Numbered from the stretch's first letter, positions 25,148-49,543 are shown. The stretch: 64,000 nt of DNA from Chrysomallon squamiferum (GCA_012295275.1 CM022675.1:186001-250000), one strand, 5' to 3'. Made by a program: numbers and translations. The notes: generated by a model not told the origin, from the letters alone.

Positions 25148-26731
25148 ATTTTGAAACAATCAGAAACGACACACATACACACATCTTGATCAGTGGCATT
25201 TGATAAGAAATAGGATGATGTTGATAATAATGATAAAGACGATACATCATTTCATTATAAAGATTTTCTGTTAAAAACATGTAATTTTTATTAACAGATA
25301 AAACAACTACTACATCAGTTCCAACGACCAAACTACTAACACTTAACACGACGGTAACAACGGCAACTACAACAAAAGAAACAGTGGAAACAATTTAACT
25401 TTTTGACAATGGAAACAGCAACGGACGACTACAACAAAAAAGAAACAGAGGACCTCACAACAACACAATTTAACTTTTTGACGACAACGTTGTTTGACAA
25501 AGGAAGAAAACAACAGACGAACCAATCGAAGAACAATGCAGGTCATTTTAATTATTTCCATTATTTTAATATTTGCTTTGTTTTTCATTTTGTCTTTTTT
25601 TATTTTTATTTATTTATTTCTTCTTCTTATTTATTTTTTTTCTTTTAAATTTTAATTATTATTATTATGATTATAATTATTATTATCATTTCTATATTTA
25701 TTGTTTTGTTTATTTTTTTTTTTTTTCTCAATGTTTTACCTTTCTTACAGCTTGTTTTCTTTTTAAAGAACGATCACAAATGGTCTGTTTCCTTCATTTT
25801 AAATTACGACTGTTGAACTGTGAATAAACGATGTTAAAAGTTTTGTAACAAGCTGAGAGGTAGGTAAATAAACAGATGTAACAATATTTATAACTTGTTT
25901 ATTTTCAGCTTTGATTGGCGGCAGTGTTGTTGCTGTTATTGTTGTTATGGTAACATCTGTCTTGATTTTCATCTGGATGAAACGGTAAGGAAACTTTATT
26001 TATTTATGTATTTATTTATTTTATTTATTTATTTATTTTATTTGAAAATGCAGTATTTATTTATTTATATAATGAAATGTTATTTATTTTTTTGTTATTC
26101 CCAAGTGAAAAGACATAAATTGTAGTATATCGAAAATTACGGATACCATTGAATTATGTTAGAGAATCAAAATGTTTTATGAAACACAATATAAAATAAT
26201 AAGAAATAAACAAATAATAATATAAACAAAATTTACAATTATTTTCAATTTTCATTCCGCATCACTATTACAGAACAAAACGTTTTTAAAACGGGAAAAA
26301 CAAAAACATCAGAACAAAAAGTAGATTTTCTAATGACGTAACAAGTTACGTAAATTCTGACATGACACTGGCAGGAGCAGATGACCCCTATTACAGTGAA
26401 ATAAACGACGGCATTCAACAAGGAACAGTAACTCTATTTCAAACTGATAAACAGAGTTGTTCCCCTCTAACCAATGACAGCAGACAGAATATTAACGTGA
26501 ATGTTAGTAACGATTCGGATTACGAAATTACAGAAGCGATTCAAGAAAATCGTCATCAACACAAACATAATGCTGATGTTGGAGTTTACGAAACGTTAGA
26601 CAGCAAAATACCGACAGCTACTGCATCGAATGTGTACTACCATCTTCCTTAAACAAAACGTCCATCTGAAGAACTGAATTTCTCTCAAAATGATGGAAAT
26701 GTTTATTTCGTTCTGGAAGATGAAGATGTAT

Positions 26732-27368
26732 CCTCGTGGTGTCAGTTTTGACGCAGATAAGCAACAATCTCGCGTTGTGCAGAAATAAAGATGTTTTTCT
26801 TGTTGTTATTGACAGAGACTGAACGTAATATATATATATATATATATACATGACTAAAATATAAACATTCAATTCTATATACACATTGCGAGTTTTTTGT
26901 TTGTTTGTAGTCAGAATGTGTAATACTGAAACATTCCTATTTTTTTAACGCTGTTTGGGTTTTGACACAGAACATGTAAGTGAGTTCTGTAAAAATAGAC
27001 TGAAGTGGGCGTGGCCTAATTGTATGACAGTGTTCTGACTGTCAGCAGACGGCAATGTTTTGTGCAGTTTGTGAGTGAAATTCATTGTGAAACTTTGGAG
27101 ATATGAGGTTGTTTATATATTGATGACTTGCCTTAGGAATAAAAAAAGCCCAGTACTTTTAGCTATATGGTTAAGTTAATTGTTTAAACTTACCTCAAAC
27201 ATGCGAATAGGAAGCATTGTGTTATTTCGTAGTTGTAAAAAACTTCCGTAAACAAAATCTTCACCATGTGACGTCACAGATTATTTTGTTTTCTTCTCTT
27301 GTTTTTTTAATTATTATTATTATGCGCATTTGTTATTTAACGAAGGTTCGTCAAAACAAATACCGAGA
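26732..27368. mobile_element. ~640-bp insertion in the paralog 2 terminal exon, possible degenerate TIR element
   Basis: Interrupts sequence that is contiguous in the other paralogs. Imperfect inverted ends CTCG..GTTTTGACG / CGTCAAAAC..CGAG. Confidence 0.45.
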
Positions 27369-28721
27369 CCATATTTATTTCAGTCTGGATAACAAACATG
27401 TACAAGAAGATACAGCTTAATATTTATAAAATAATTTTCGACATTTTTAGAAATAACAGACAATTTATAATTGATATCAACGATTTCCCTTGACTCTACC
27501 TATTCCACATCAAAGTCTTATTTTAAATTTAATATTTGTAAAAACATATTCTGTCCATGCCATTCTCCTGTAAGAATATACTCATACACACACACACGCA
27601 CACACGCACACACAGAAACAGTACAATGGAAAAACCACCTCTGAAAACAATTCAAGTCTACATCAAGGTGTAGCAAGTTCAATCCCCCACAGATGCACTA
27701 CAAACATTGACAATAACTTGTTTGCTCAGCAAGTCTTTGTAGTGATGTCATTTACAGTCAGAGTATTTACTTTGTTGCAGACACATCTCTGACTGAACTC
27801 TGACAACATGGCCACATAGTGTGTTCAATAAACAAAACATACAGTAACATGATTAATTAAATATTTTGTTTATGAAAGAAATGTGAGCAGCTTACTTCCT
27901 AACAGACTAAAACCAGTATCTTGTCTAATTACAATTATTGTTAGGTGTAATTAATACAAACACATACAAGTATACAAACTCTATGCTTAAGAAAACACTT
28001 TAAATAAACCATTTATTTTGGACTAACATATAATTGTTATATTGAAGATTGTACCTTTACTCATAAACTCACACAAACACCTACAAACTTGTACAACACC
28101 TACTAAGTAATTTTAAGTGAAGCAACAAACACCTCAAATAGTTGCAGTAGACTGAATAATTAAGATTATAATTCAAACTATTGTTCTCTGTAGTTATTTG
28201 AACCATGTCATTCATTTAACTTGTTTTTTGTTATCCTAGGTGTTACACACACGCACACACACACACACACATATACATGTATCTGTCTCTGCCTCTTTTT
28301 TTTCTCTCTCTCACACACACAGACTAACAGACTGAGTGTACAATCTCGTTCTTTCTATGTTTCTCTCTGTCTTTCTCACACACATCCATACACATTCACA
28401 CACACATATACACACACACATACACACACACATATACACACACATATACACACATACACACACACACAAACACACACATGCACACACATACACTATAATT
28501 TATTCAGTTTTCTTTTGCGTTTTCTACTCTATTTTACCGTACTCTTTGTCATGCGCGAGTTTATCTAACGCAAGTTTTATTTTTATCACACAGATACACT
28601 ACACTGTTCTATATCTAAGTCAACAAAGGAAGGAAAAGCCTGTTACGATCCTCTATTATCTTCTTCCTGGTCTGGTCCAGGTTATTTATACATAGTAGTT
28701 TAAAATATTGTAGAATCCGCC

Positions 28722-28791
28722 ATGTTTTCTACAACTGTTGCTATTTTTATTATTTTCTTTGTGTGTGTGTCTACCCAGTCAGAAATATCAA
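28722..28791 (+). CDS. Duplicated signal-peptide exon 1a of paralog 3
   Basis: ccgccATG MFSTTVAIFIIFFVCVSTQSEIS followed by a phase-1 gtaagt donor, preceded by a copy of the promoter block. Confidence 0.7.
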
Positions 28792-28825
28792 GTAAGTAGA
28801 TTTTACATTAATTGTTTCAATCAAA

Positions 28826-28894
<69 letters not shown>

Positions 28895-28982
28895 GAGAAA
28901 GAGAAAGAGAGAGAAGTGTAAATATGTTTGTGTGTACAATCTAGTTATTTCTACGTTTCTCTCTGTCTTTCTCACACACATA

Positions 28983-29030
<48 letters not shown>

Positions 29031-29336
29031 AATGTATTCAGTTTTCTATTGTGTTTTCTAATCTGTTTTGTCGTACTCTTTGTCATGCGCGAGTTTATCT
29101 AAAACAAGTTTTATTTTATGACACAAATACACTACACTGTTCTGTAACTGAGTAAACAAGGGAAGGTAAAACCTGTTACGATCCTAACAACAATATTTTA
29201 CTCTTTTACTCTTTTAATCTTTTACTCTTTTAATCTTTTAATCTTTTACTCTTTTAATCTTTTACTCTGTTATCTTCTTCCTGGTCTGGTCCACGTTATT
29301 TATACATAGAAGTTTAAACGTCTCGAAGACTCCGCC

Positions 29337-37211
<7,875 letters not shown>

Positions 37212-37767
37212 AATTTATAAATTAATTTTTTGAATTCTTAGAGTTCACGGTAATGTATAAAATGATATCGACCAATTCTCTTCACTCTACTAATTCCACA
37301 TCAAATAACAAAACAAATCAATAAAATATTTGATGCAGCTTATTTTGAATTTAATAGTTGGTAAATATATATCCTGTCTATGTCATTCTCCTGCAAGAAA
37401 TTATTACCTTTGTTTATCGTCAGAAAGTAATATCATTTGAGATATCATTTGTGGTGTTAATTAAAAAATATTTCAGTTTTATTTTATTCTAAAATTAGAT
37501 TTCAACTATTTTACCTGTTGATGTTATACTTTGTTCATTTATATACTATGTTAGACCTTCACACATTATTATGTTAATTTGTTTTCTACTTTTATATATT
37601 ATTCCTATTATTTAGATGTTACTGAGAAATTATATTAAATTGTATGAAAACAATAAAATTTAAGAATGATAGAACTTTCTCTCTTATTTAATTAAAAAAA
37701 AGTGTATATCTATTTATGTAATGTTTTTCACAACAATTCATCAAATTTATTAAGTAAAAATAAAAGA

Positions 37768-37811
<44 letters not shown>

Positions 37812-37851
37812 AGAGCAGGACAATGTGTTGGTACATAATACGGACATACAA

Positions 37852-37954
<103 letters not shown>

Positions 37955-38542
37955 TTGTGGCTCAAAACCTAAAACAGATAAATTCAATTTTCATAATTTA
38001 TTCCACACGTAAACGTATTCTTAAAATTCGTAAACAGAAAACACTAATTTGTATATAGTCAAATGAGGAATACAGGAAAGAGGCAAACAACAGTTACACA
38101 GAGAAACAATGTATATGTGTGTGCATACTTGTATGTGTACATGCATGTATGAGTGTATGTATGTGCGTTTGTCCTTGTTTGTGAATGCTAGAACACGTAT
38201 TGTTTGTAAATAATGTGTGCGTGTGTGCGTGTCTGCATAGATAGAATTTATTGAATAAAAATTAAAACTGATACTTTGTACCTGTGGTGAACAGTCCCCC
38301 GGTAATCCATTTTCAAGTACAAATTACCGTATTAGCCACTACGAGGTGGGGGTGTCATCACTCACCAGGTGACTCCGTGTCGCTGCATTTTAGGTACAAT
38401 TTATTAAAACAATGGTGAGGAATCATCTAAAATTTACTTTGAATTCAAACAGTATACGACACATAGCAAATAACTATCTCTATTGTTAATATTCTTTTAT
38501 TATTAAACTAAGTTATATATGTGAGAGAGAGAGAGAGTGAGA

Positions 38543-38684
<142 letters not shown>

Positions 38685-38939
38685 CATTGGAGTATATATT
38701 GTTATTAGTAATCCTCATATATAATTCATTTCTATATTCACGATATTTCTATTCATCTGTCGATGTATGTAAGTATGTGTGGATGTCATTGATATCTTTT
38801 GTTAGTTTTATAGGCAGCTATTATTGATTGTGTGGATAAATCGTGTATGTGTTTATATTTCAGTCACTGTTTGTGTTTCAATTGTCTTTCCAGAATTAAA
38901 AACACGTTTCATTAAACATTTTCCATAGGTACATATCAG

Positions 38940-41900
38940 TCCATATTGTCGTCAATTTATATCTGTAGGTGTGTATCAGCCTATATCTGTCTCTCTCGTT
39001 ATCTGAAGCTGGGTCTCAATCTGTATACGTTTCTTCGTTATTTGTAGCTGTGAATTACTATATATCTGTATCACTATATGTTTGTGTATGTTTGTATCAC
39101 TCTCTATGTTATCTATGAATCTGTAGGTTTGTCTGAATCTATATGTGTCTTCTTTGGAATGTTATTAAATCTCTATCTGTATCTCGTTATCTGTAGGTTT
39201 GTCTGAATCTGTAGTGTGTCTATGTCTGTTTGTCCATAGGTGTATTATTAATCTGTCTCTGTATCTATGGTTTCCTGTATCAATCTGTATCTGTATCTAT
39301 CTTTGTATATTGGTGTGTATTAATCTATATCTGTATATATAGTTATCTATTTGTGTATATTAATCTATGTCTGTATCTGTAGATGTGTATTAATCTATAT
39401 CTTAACTATGGTTATCTACAGGTGTATATTAAAATATATCTGTATCTATCGTGATTTATAGGTCTGTATTAAACTTTATCTCCATCTATCGTTATGTATA
39501 TCTAGGTAGGTTTCCATTAATCTATGTCTGTATCTATATTATTATCTGTCTGTATCTATTATTATTTTCAGGTTATCTGTTAAATATCTGTATTTATCGT
39601 TATCTTTACATATCTTTATATATCTGTATATACCGTTGTTTTTGGCTGTGTATTGATCTATGCCTGTAACTGTTATGCCTAGGGGGTGTATCGGTGTATA
39701 TCTATATCTATATTATCTATTGGTGTTTATGAATATTTATAACTGAATCTTTCTTTACCTGTATGTGAATATCAGTGTATATGTGTATATCGTTACCTGT
39801 AAATGTGTATTAGTCTATATCTGTATATATCGGTATTTGTAGTTGTATTTATAAATCTATATCTGTCTTTGTCGTTATATATAGGTGTATTAATATATAT
39901 CTGTATTTATCATTGTCTTCCTTATCTGTAGGTGTATCAGTCTATAATTCTATCTATCGCACTCTGCAGGTATGTATCTGTCTACAATTCTACCTATCAC
40001 ACTCTGCAGGTGTGTATCAGTCTATAATTCTATCTATCGCACTCTGTAGGTGTGTATCTGTCTACAATTCTACCTATCACATCTATATATGTGTATCATC
40101 TATAATTCTATCTATCTGTAGGTGTGTATTATATCTGCAGGTGTGTATGTATCGAAATGTAGTCTATAATTCTACCTATCGAACTCTGCAGGTAGGTGTA
40201 TCTGTCTCTAATTGTAGGTATCTATCATTCTACATAGGCATTTATGTATCAGTCTATAATTCTATCTGCCGCATCTGCAGGTATGTATCTGTCTATAATT
40301 CTATCTATCGCATCTGCAGGTGTGTATCTGTCTATAATTCTATATATCTGCCGCACCTGCAGGTATGTATCTGTCTATAATTCTATCTGCCGCACTCTGC
40401 TGTGTGTATCTGTCTATAATTCTATTATCGTATCTGCAGGTGTGTATCAGTCTATAATTCTATCTATCGCACTCTGCAGGTGTGTATCTGTCATATATAT
40501 CTATCTGCCGCACTCTGCAGGTGTGTATTATCAATATATAATTCTATCTATCGCACTCTGCAGGTGTATCTGTCTATAATTCTATCTATCGCACTCCTGT
40601 AGGTGTGTATCAGTCTATAATTCTATCTATCGCATTGTCTGTAGGTGTGTATCAGTCTATAATTCTATCTATCGCACTCTGTAGGTATGTATCAGTCTAT
40701 AAATATATCTATCGCACTCTGTAGGTAATCAATTGTATCTGTCTATAATTCTATCTATCGCACTCTGTAGGTGTGTATCAGTCTATAATTCTATCTATCG
40801 CACTCTGCAGGTGTGTATCAGTCTATAATTCTATCTATCGCACTCTGCAGGTGTGTATCAGTCTATAATTCTATCTGTCGCACTCTGCAGGTGTGTATCT
40901 GTCTATAATTCTATCTATCGCACTCTGCAGGTATGTATCAGTCTATAATTCTATCTGTCTATTATATCTGCAGGTTTGTATGTATATCTGTCTATAATTC
41001 TATCTATCGCACTCTGCAGGTATGTATCAGTCTATAATTCTATCTGTCGCACTCTGCAGGTGTGTATCTGTCTATAATTCTATCTATCGCGCTCTGCAGG
41101 TGTGTATCTGTCTATAATTCTATCTATCGCACTCTGCAGGTATGTATCAGTCTATAATTCTATCTGTCGCACTCTGCAGGTGTGTATCTGTCTATAATTA
41201 TATCTATCGCACTCTGCAGGTGTGTATCAGTCTATAATTATATCTATCGCACTCTGCAGGTGTGTATCAGTCTATAATTCTATCTATCGCACTCTGCAGG
41301 TGTGTATCTGTCTATAATTCTATCTGCCGCACTCTGCAGGTGTGTATCAGTCTATAATTCTATCTATCGCACTCTGCAGGTGTGTATCTGTCTATATATC
41401 TGCTCCATTAATTATAGGTGTGCATTAATCTAGATATGTTTCTATCGTTATCTATTCGTGTGTACTAATCTGTGTATTTCTTTATATATAGGTGTGTATT
41501 AATCGATATCTATTTTTGTCATTATCTATACTTGTGTATTAATCAATATCTCTTTCTACCGTTATGATTAGGTGTGTATAGACGTATACAGGTATATATG
41601 GTTATCTATGGGTGTGCACTAATCTATATCTTATATATCCTTATCTGTAGGTGTGTATTAATCAATATCTGTATCTATCGTTAGCTGTACGTGTGCATCA
41701 ATCTATCTGGTTTTTTGTTATGTGTAGGTGTGAATTAACTTATGTTTGTAGATATAGTTATCTTAAAGTATCTATCAACTTACACCTGTATCTATCGCTA
41801 TCTGTAGGTATGTATTAGCCTGTGTACGTATATACGTTATCTGTAGGTGTCTATTAATCTATGCCTGTATCTACTGTGATATGTTGGTATCAATCTCTAT

Positions 41901-44900
41901 ATAGGTGTCTTAGTTATCCATATGTTTATCTATTGTTATCTATGAGTGTCTATTAATCTATATCTGTATCTATCTATATCTATATTTAGATGTGTACCGA
42001 GTGTCTTCGTTATCTATTAAATTATGTCTGTAGCTATCGTTATCCCTAGAGGTGTATCGATCCATATCTATATTTATCTTATCTATAGGTGTTTATCAAT
42101 ATATATGAGTATCTGTCGTTATCTGAAAATGTGTATCAGTCTATATCTGCATATATCAGTATGTGTACGTGTATTGATAAATCTATATCTGTATCTATCG
42201 TTATCTTTAGGCGTGTTTTAATCTATATCTGTTTCTGTTGCGATCTACAGTTGTGTATTAATCTAAAATCTCTATCTGCCATTATATGTAGGTGTGTATT
42301 AATTTATATCTGCTTTTATTGTTTTCTTTATGTGTGGTATTAATCTGTACCTGTATCTGTCGTTATCTTTATCAGTGTCTGTATCTATCACGATGTGCAT
42401 CAATCTATATTTGATTCTATCTTTATCCATAGGAGTGTATTAGTCTGTATGTGTTTCTATCGTTATCTCTAGCAGTATTAAATTATATCTGTATCTATCA
42501 TTATCTGTAGATGTGTATTAATCTAAAATATTTAGCTATCGTTTTCTTTAAGTGTGTATTGACCTATATATCTAGATGTGTATTAATCTATATCTGTTGT
42601 TATCTACAGGTGAGTACTAATCTGTATTTATCGTTGTATTTATGTGTGTATTAATCTACATCTCTATCTATCCTTATCTTTAGATATGTACTAATCTGTA
42701 TCTGTATCTATCTTTATCTTTAGCTGTGTATTAATGTACATCTGTATGTATCTGTATCTATCTTTATCTTTAGCTGTGTATTAATGTACATCTGTATGTA
42801 TCGTTATCCATAGCTGTGTGTTAATGTACACCTGTATCTGTCGTTATCCATAGCTGTGTGTTAATGTACATCTGTATCTATCGTTATACATAGCTGTGTG
42901 TTAATGTACATCTGTATCTATCGTTATACATAGCTGTGTGTTAATGTACATCTGTATCTATCGTTATACATAGCTGTGTGTTAATGTACATCTGTATGTA
43001 TCGTTATCCATAGCTGTGTATTAATGTACATCTGTATGTATCGTTATACATAGCTGTGTGTTAATGTACATCTGTATCTATCGTTATCCATAGCTGTGTG
43101 TTAATGTACATCTGTATCTATCGTTATACATAGCTGTGTGTTAATGTACATCTGTATCTATCGTTATACATAGCTGTGTTAATGTACATCTGTATGTATC
43201 GTTATACATAGCTGTGTGTTAATGTACATCTGTATGTATCGTTATCCATAGCTGTGTGTTAATGTACATCTGTGTGTTAATGTACATCTGTATCTATCGT
43301 TATCCATAGCTGTGTGTTAATGTACATCTGTATGTATCGTTATCCATAGCTGTGTGTTAATGTACATCTGTATCTATCGTTATCCATAGCTGTGTGTTAA
43401 TGTACATCTGTATCTATCGTTATACATAGCTGTGTATTAATGTACATCCTGTATCTATCGTTATACATAGCTGTGTATTAATGTACATCTGTATCTATCG
43501 TTATACATAGCTGTGTATTAATGTACATCTGTATCTATCGTTATACATAGCTGTGTATTAATGTACATCTGTATCTATCGTTATCCATAGCTGTGTGTTA
43601 ATGTACATCTGTATCTATCGTTATACATAGCTGTGTATTAATGTACATCTGTATCTATCGTTATACATAGCTGTGTATTAATGTACATCTGTATCTATCG
43701 TTATACATAGCTGTGTATTAATGTACATCTGTATCTATCGTTATACATAGCTGTGTATTAATGTACACCTGTATCTGTCGTTATCCATAGCTGTGTGTTA
43801 ATGTACATCTGTATCTATCGTTATACATAGCTGTGTGTTAATGTACATCTGTATGTATCGTTATACATAGCTGTGTGTTAATGTACATCTGTATGTATCG
43901 TTATACATAGCTGTGTGTTAATGTACATCTGTATGTATCGTTGTCCATAGCTGTGTATTAATGTACATCTGTATCTATCGTTATACATAGCTGTGTATTA
44001 ATGTACATCTGTATCTATCGTTATCCATAGCTGTGTGTTAATGTACATCTGTATGTATCGTTATACATAGCTGTGTATTAATGTACATCTGTATCTGTCG
44101 TTATACATAGCTGTGTGTTAATGTACATCTGTATCTATCGTTATCCATAGCTGTGTGTTAATGTACATCTGTATGTATCGTTGTCTACCGGTGGGCGTCA
44201 GTCTGTGTTTGTATGTATCTTTATCTGTAGGCTTGTATTAATCTATATCTATTGTTTTATATATATATATATATATACATATATGTATATGGGTGTGTAT
44301 GTGTCTGTGTGTGTATGTCTATTAATCTAACATCTCTATCTATCGTTATCTTATGTGTGTTTTATTCTATGTCACTATCTATCGTTTTCTATAGGTGTGT
44401 ATTAACATGTATCTGTATATATCGTTATCTGCTGGTCTATATTAATATATATCTGTATCTATCGTTATCTTTAGGTGTGTTTCAATCTATATCTGTATAT
44501 ATCGTTATCTGCCGGTCTGTATTAATCTGTATCTGTATCTATCGTTATCTTTAGGTGTGTTTCAATCTATATATGTATATATCGTTATCAAGAGGTGTGT
44601 TTTATCTAGATCTGTATTTGTCTTTGTATATATATATATGCGTTTATTAATTTATATCTGAATGTATCGTTATCTTTAGGCGTGTATTAATCTCTATCGG
44701 TATCTATCGTTATGTATGTGTCTGTATTAATCTATATCTGTTCCTTTCGTGATCTATAGGTGTGTATTAATTTAAAATCTGTAAGTATTGTTTTCTTTAA
44801 GTGTAATAATCTATCTCTGTTTCTGTCGTGGTCTGTAGGTGTGAATTAATCAAAACTCTCTGTCTACCGTTATCTGTACGTGTGCATTAATTTATACCTG

Positions 44901-47445
44901 CTTCTATCGATATTTTTAAATGTGATTTAATCTATATCTGTATATATCTTTATCTACTGTTGTGTAATAATGTATATCTGTATATATCGTTATCTATAGG
45001 CGTGTATTAATCTGTATCTGTATATATATCATTATATACTGGGATCTGTCATTCCGTATCTGTATCTATAATTATATTTAGATGTGTATTAATCTGCTTA
45101 TGTTTTTAACGTTATATTTCGGTGTGTCTTGATCCATCTCTGTATATATGGTTTTCTACAGGTGTGTTTTAATCTGTATTAATCTATATCTATATAGATC
45201 GTTACCTACGGGTGTGTATTAATCTATATCTGTATCTATTGTTATCTTTAGGTGTGTGTCAGTCTATATATATATCGTTATCTATTAATCTATGTCTGTA
45301 TTTGTCGTTATATATATATATATATATATATATTAATCTATATCGGTTTCTGTTCTTATCCATAGGTGTTTATATATCTGCATCGTATTTGTCGTCATAT
45401 ATATTTATATGTCTGCATTAATCTATGTCTGTTTTAGTCGTGATATATATGTTTGAATTAATCAAAAATCTCTGTCTACCTGTGCATTAGTATGTATTTT
45501 GCTTCTATCGTTAAGTGTGCACTGATCTATATCTGTATGTATCTTTAGGTATGTATTAATCTATAGCCAAATATATTCTTTTCTAAATGTGTGCATTGAT
45601 CTATATCTGTATGTATCGTTATCTTTAGGTGTAATTTATCTATATCTGTATGTCTTTATCTTTAGGTGCGTATTAATATATATATATGTATTTATCATTA
45701 TATATATATTAATCTATATCTGTATCTATCGTTATTCTTACCTGTGTTTTAATAAGTATCTGTATCTATCGTTACCTGTGGTGGTTATGAATCTATATCC
45801 GTGTGTATTAACGTATCTATCTTTGTCTTTAGGTGTATATTAATGTATACCATTATCTATCGTTATCTGTAGGTGTGTATTAATGTGCATATGTTTCTAT
45901 TGGTATGTGTAGGTATATATTTATCCATGTCTGAATATATATCGTTGTCTTTATCTTTATCTTTAGGTGTGGATTAATCTCTACCTGTATCTGTTTCTAT
46001 CTTTGTCTATATCTGTATCTTTCGTTTTCTTTAGGTGTGTCAATCTATATATATATATATATAGCGTTATCTGTAGATGCGAATTAACCTATGTCTGTAG
46101 ATGTCGTTACCTGAATCTGTGTCTATCGCTATTTCTAGGTATGTATCAGTGTATATCGGTATCTATCCCTATCTGTAGGTATCTAATCAACTATACCTGT
46201 AACTATTGTTATGGTATCTGTATGGGTGTATCGGTCTGTATCTATAGATATCGTATCTATAGGTGTTTCTTTATATATATCTTTCTTTATCTGTCAGTGT
46301 GTATCAATACATATGTGTATCTCTCGTTATCTGTAACTGTGTATCAGTCTATATCTGTATCTATCATTATCTATAGGTGTGTATTAATCTATAGCTGTAT
46401 CTATCGTTATCTATAGGTGTGTATCAATCTATATCTGTATCTATAGTTATCTATAAAACGTGTATTAATCTATAGCTGTATATATCGTTATGTATAGGTG
46501 TATATTAAGCTATATCTCTTTCTGTCGTTATCTATTGAGTCGTATTAGTCTATATCTGTACCTTGTGTTATATTTATCTACAGTTATCTATAAAACGTGT
46601 ATTAATTTATATCTGTATATATATCCTTATATATAGGTGTGTATTAATCTAAATGTATATGTCATTATCTATAGCTGAGTATGAATCTGTGTCGGTATAT
46701 ATCTTTATCTATTGATCTGTATCACTCTGTCTCTGTATTTATAGTTATTTTTAGGTGAATATTAATCTCTACCTGTATATATCCTTATATATAGGTGTAT
46801 AGTAATCTAAATGTATATGTCATTATCTATAGTTGTGTATGAATCTGTGTCGGTATATATCATTATCTATTGATCTGTATCACTCTATCTCTGTATTTAT
46901 AGTTATTTTTAGGTGAATATTAATCTCTACCTGTATATATCGTTATCCATAGATGTGTATTAATTTATATCTATTTATCATTATATGTAGGCGTGTACTA
47001 ATCTACAATGAGTATCAATGGTAATTTGTAGGTTAGTAATAATCTACAGTCTGTTTCTATCGTGAAATCTAGCTACCTATCAATCTATATATGTGTCTTA
47101 CTTATCAGTAGGTGTGTATTAATCTGTATGTGTGACTACGATTATGTGTAGGCGTGTATGGAACTGTATATGTGTCTTTCTTTATCTGTAGATGTGTATC
47201 AATCTATATATGTGTCTTTGCTATCTGTACATATATCTCTGTATATCGCTGTCTATAAGTGTTTCTCAGTCTGTATCTGTTTCTATCGTTATGTGTAGAT
47301 TTTATGTGTAGAATCTATCTTCTGTAGTTGTTTATACATGTTTCTATCTTTATCTATAAGTATTTATCAGTCTGTGTATGTGTCTGTAGTTATGTGTGGC
47401 TGTTTATCTATCTATATGTATATGTTTAGCTGTCTGTAGATGTGT
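38940..47445. repeat. 40-bp minisatellite array, degenerate with homogeneous sub-arrays
   Basis: Consensus ~GTGTATTAATCTATATCTGTATCTATCGTTATCTGTAGGT. Homogeneous blocks at ~39930-41395 and ~42770-44185. Confidence 0.9.
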
Positions 47446-48236
47446 TTAATTTGCTTTGTGTCGTATACTGTTTACTAAGTAACTATCATAATAATTATTA
47501 CTAAATTTAGAAGCATCATCCAAATAAAAAAATATTAAAAAATAATAATAACAAAAAGTTATACAATAATTCAGACACAAATTTAGACGGTTAGCCAAAA
47601 TAATATGGATCGGAGTATGCCAAATTTGATGTAAAAATGCCAATTTTGAAAATTAATTTCCGATCAAGAACCACAGTTTATTTCTAGCATTTAGACCAAG
47701 TCTCTGAAAAACAAAACAAAACAGAATTAGTTTTTGTACTCACGGACAATATCCAGGAACTTGAGAGTAAATAATCCAGTACTTAATAATCCAAGAATTA
47801 GTAACGACAGAGTAAATAATCCAGTACTTAATAATCCAAGAATTAGTAAACACACTGACTTAGTAATCCAAGAATTCCAAAACACAGAAATTTTAGTCTA
47901 AAAATTAAAAATAGAATTAACAATCACATTCACCTTCAGAACGACGTCTTTCTCCAAGCAAGCGATCGAGTCACACTTATTTCAATTGTTGACGTCATAT
48001 TTATACCTGCTCGAAATACGGAAATTACCGAATGTGACGTCATTAGTTAATCTGGCGTAAAATTTGTTTCTTTTCACAGTGGAACATTTTTAATTTTAAA
48101 ATTTTAGTTATAATTATGTTTTGATTCTAATCTTGAAATTAATTTGTAAACATATTCTGCTTCATGTTTACCAAAAAGATGTTTCGTTCAAGTGATTATA
48201 AATAAATGTTAATTAATTAATTTATTATCATTATTA

Positions 48237-48281
<45 letters not shown>

Positions 48282-48287
48282 GAAGTG

Positions 48288-48320
<33 letters not shown>

Positions 48321-49049
48321 ATATATTTGTGATAGTTTATTCTCTACGTTGAAATTGACATCATTTCATTTGAAACTTTACAACTTATAATTGTGAATAA
48401 AAGGCATATTTCTGAAACATCTTTAGTGCAATGCCCATCTATTCTCAGTTTATTGATTTATCTATCAAATTTTATATTATTTATTTTATATTTTAGTTGT
48501 ATTAACAAAACGATTAATACTTTATCTGTGTAAAATACTGTTCTAGTTTTCTACCCAGGATTAAGAGCAAGGGAGATAATTACTTTTGTTTATTAACAAT
48601 TAATTATAATTGTTTTTGTTTTTACTTTTTCGTTATGTTTTTCATTTATTACTGTTTTCTAAGTTAACTTATTTATTTGCTATTTATGTTTTTAATTATG
48701 GTCTCTGCGATGATCAAAGTACTTTTCTTCTTCTTCTTTTCTTCTTCTTCTTCTTCTTATTATTAATATTATTATCATTATTATTGTTGTTGTTGTTGTT
48801 ACTATTACTATTACTGTAGTTATTATTGTTGTTGTTGATGTTGTTGATGTTATTTTTGTGTTATTACGATTATAATTATCATCATGATAATCATCATCAT
48901 CTCTATGTTGCTGTTGCTGGTGTTATTATTTTTCTTTTTTCTTCTGTGATGTAGTTGTTGTTGATTTTACTGAGTTTAGAATAAAAAAACGAATGGGGAA
49001 GTAAATAAATATTTTGTTAAAATTCTTCAGACTGTAAACATACAAACAC

Positions 49050-49154
<105 letters not shown>

Positions 49155-49322
49155 CGTAAAGCAGATAAATTCAGTTTCTACATTGTTTATAAGGTTAGAC
49201 AATCCGAGATATTAAAAACCTTTTAAGAAAAAGAAAACAGTGTTTGAAAATAAATTTCAAATATCAAAATTAATAATTAAAGTATTTTGGATCCGTCTCT
49301 TCATAGAATGATTACTTCGAGC

Positions 49323-49364
<42 letters not shown>

Positions 49365-49543
49365 ATTGAGCCATCACTGAAATACGATGTAATACTTTTT
49401 AAAAGAACATTTTTATTTTCTCTGCCTTATTACTGCACTACCTGTACGCTGCAGTTGTTTTTGTAATTAAATCATGTTTTACACAGTTTGACACTAAACA
49501 AAATAATCTCCTTTCACATCAGATCTGATGTCTGGATGAACGG

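Noticed and set aside
39930-44185. Regular 40-bp repeats resembling a CRISPR array
   Set aside because: Head-to-tail tandem units without unique spacers, no cas genes, and a eukaryotic context.
49324-49362. Poly-A run as a retrocopy tail
   Set aside because: No recognisable upstream element or convincing TSD.
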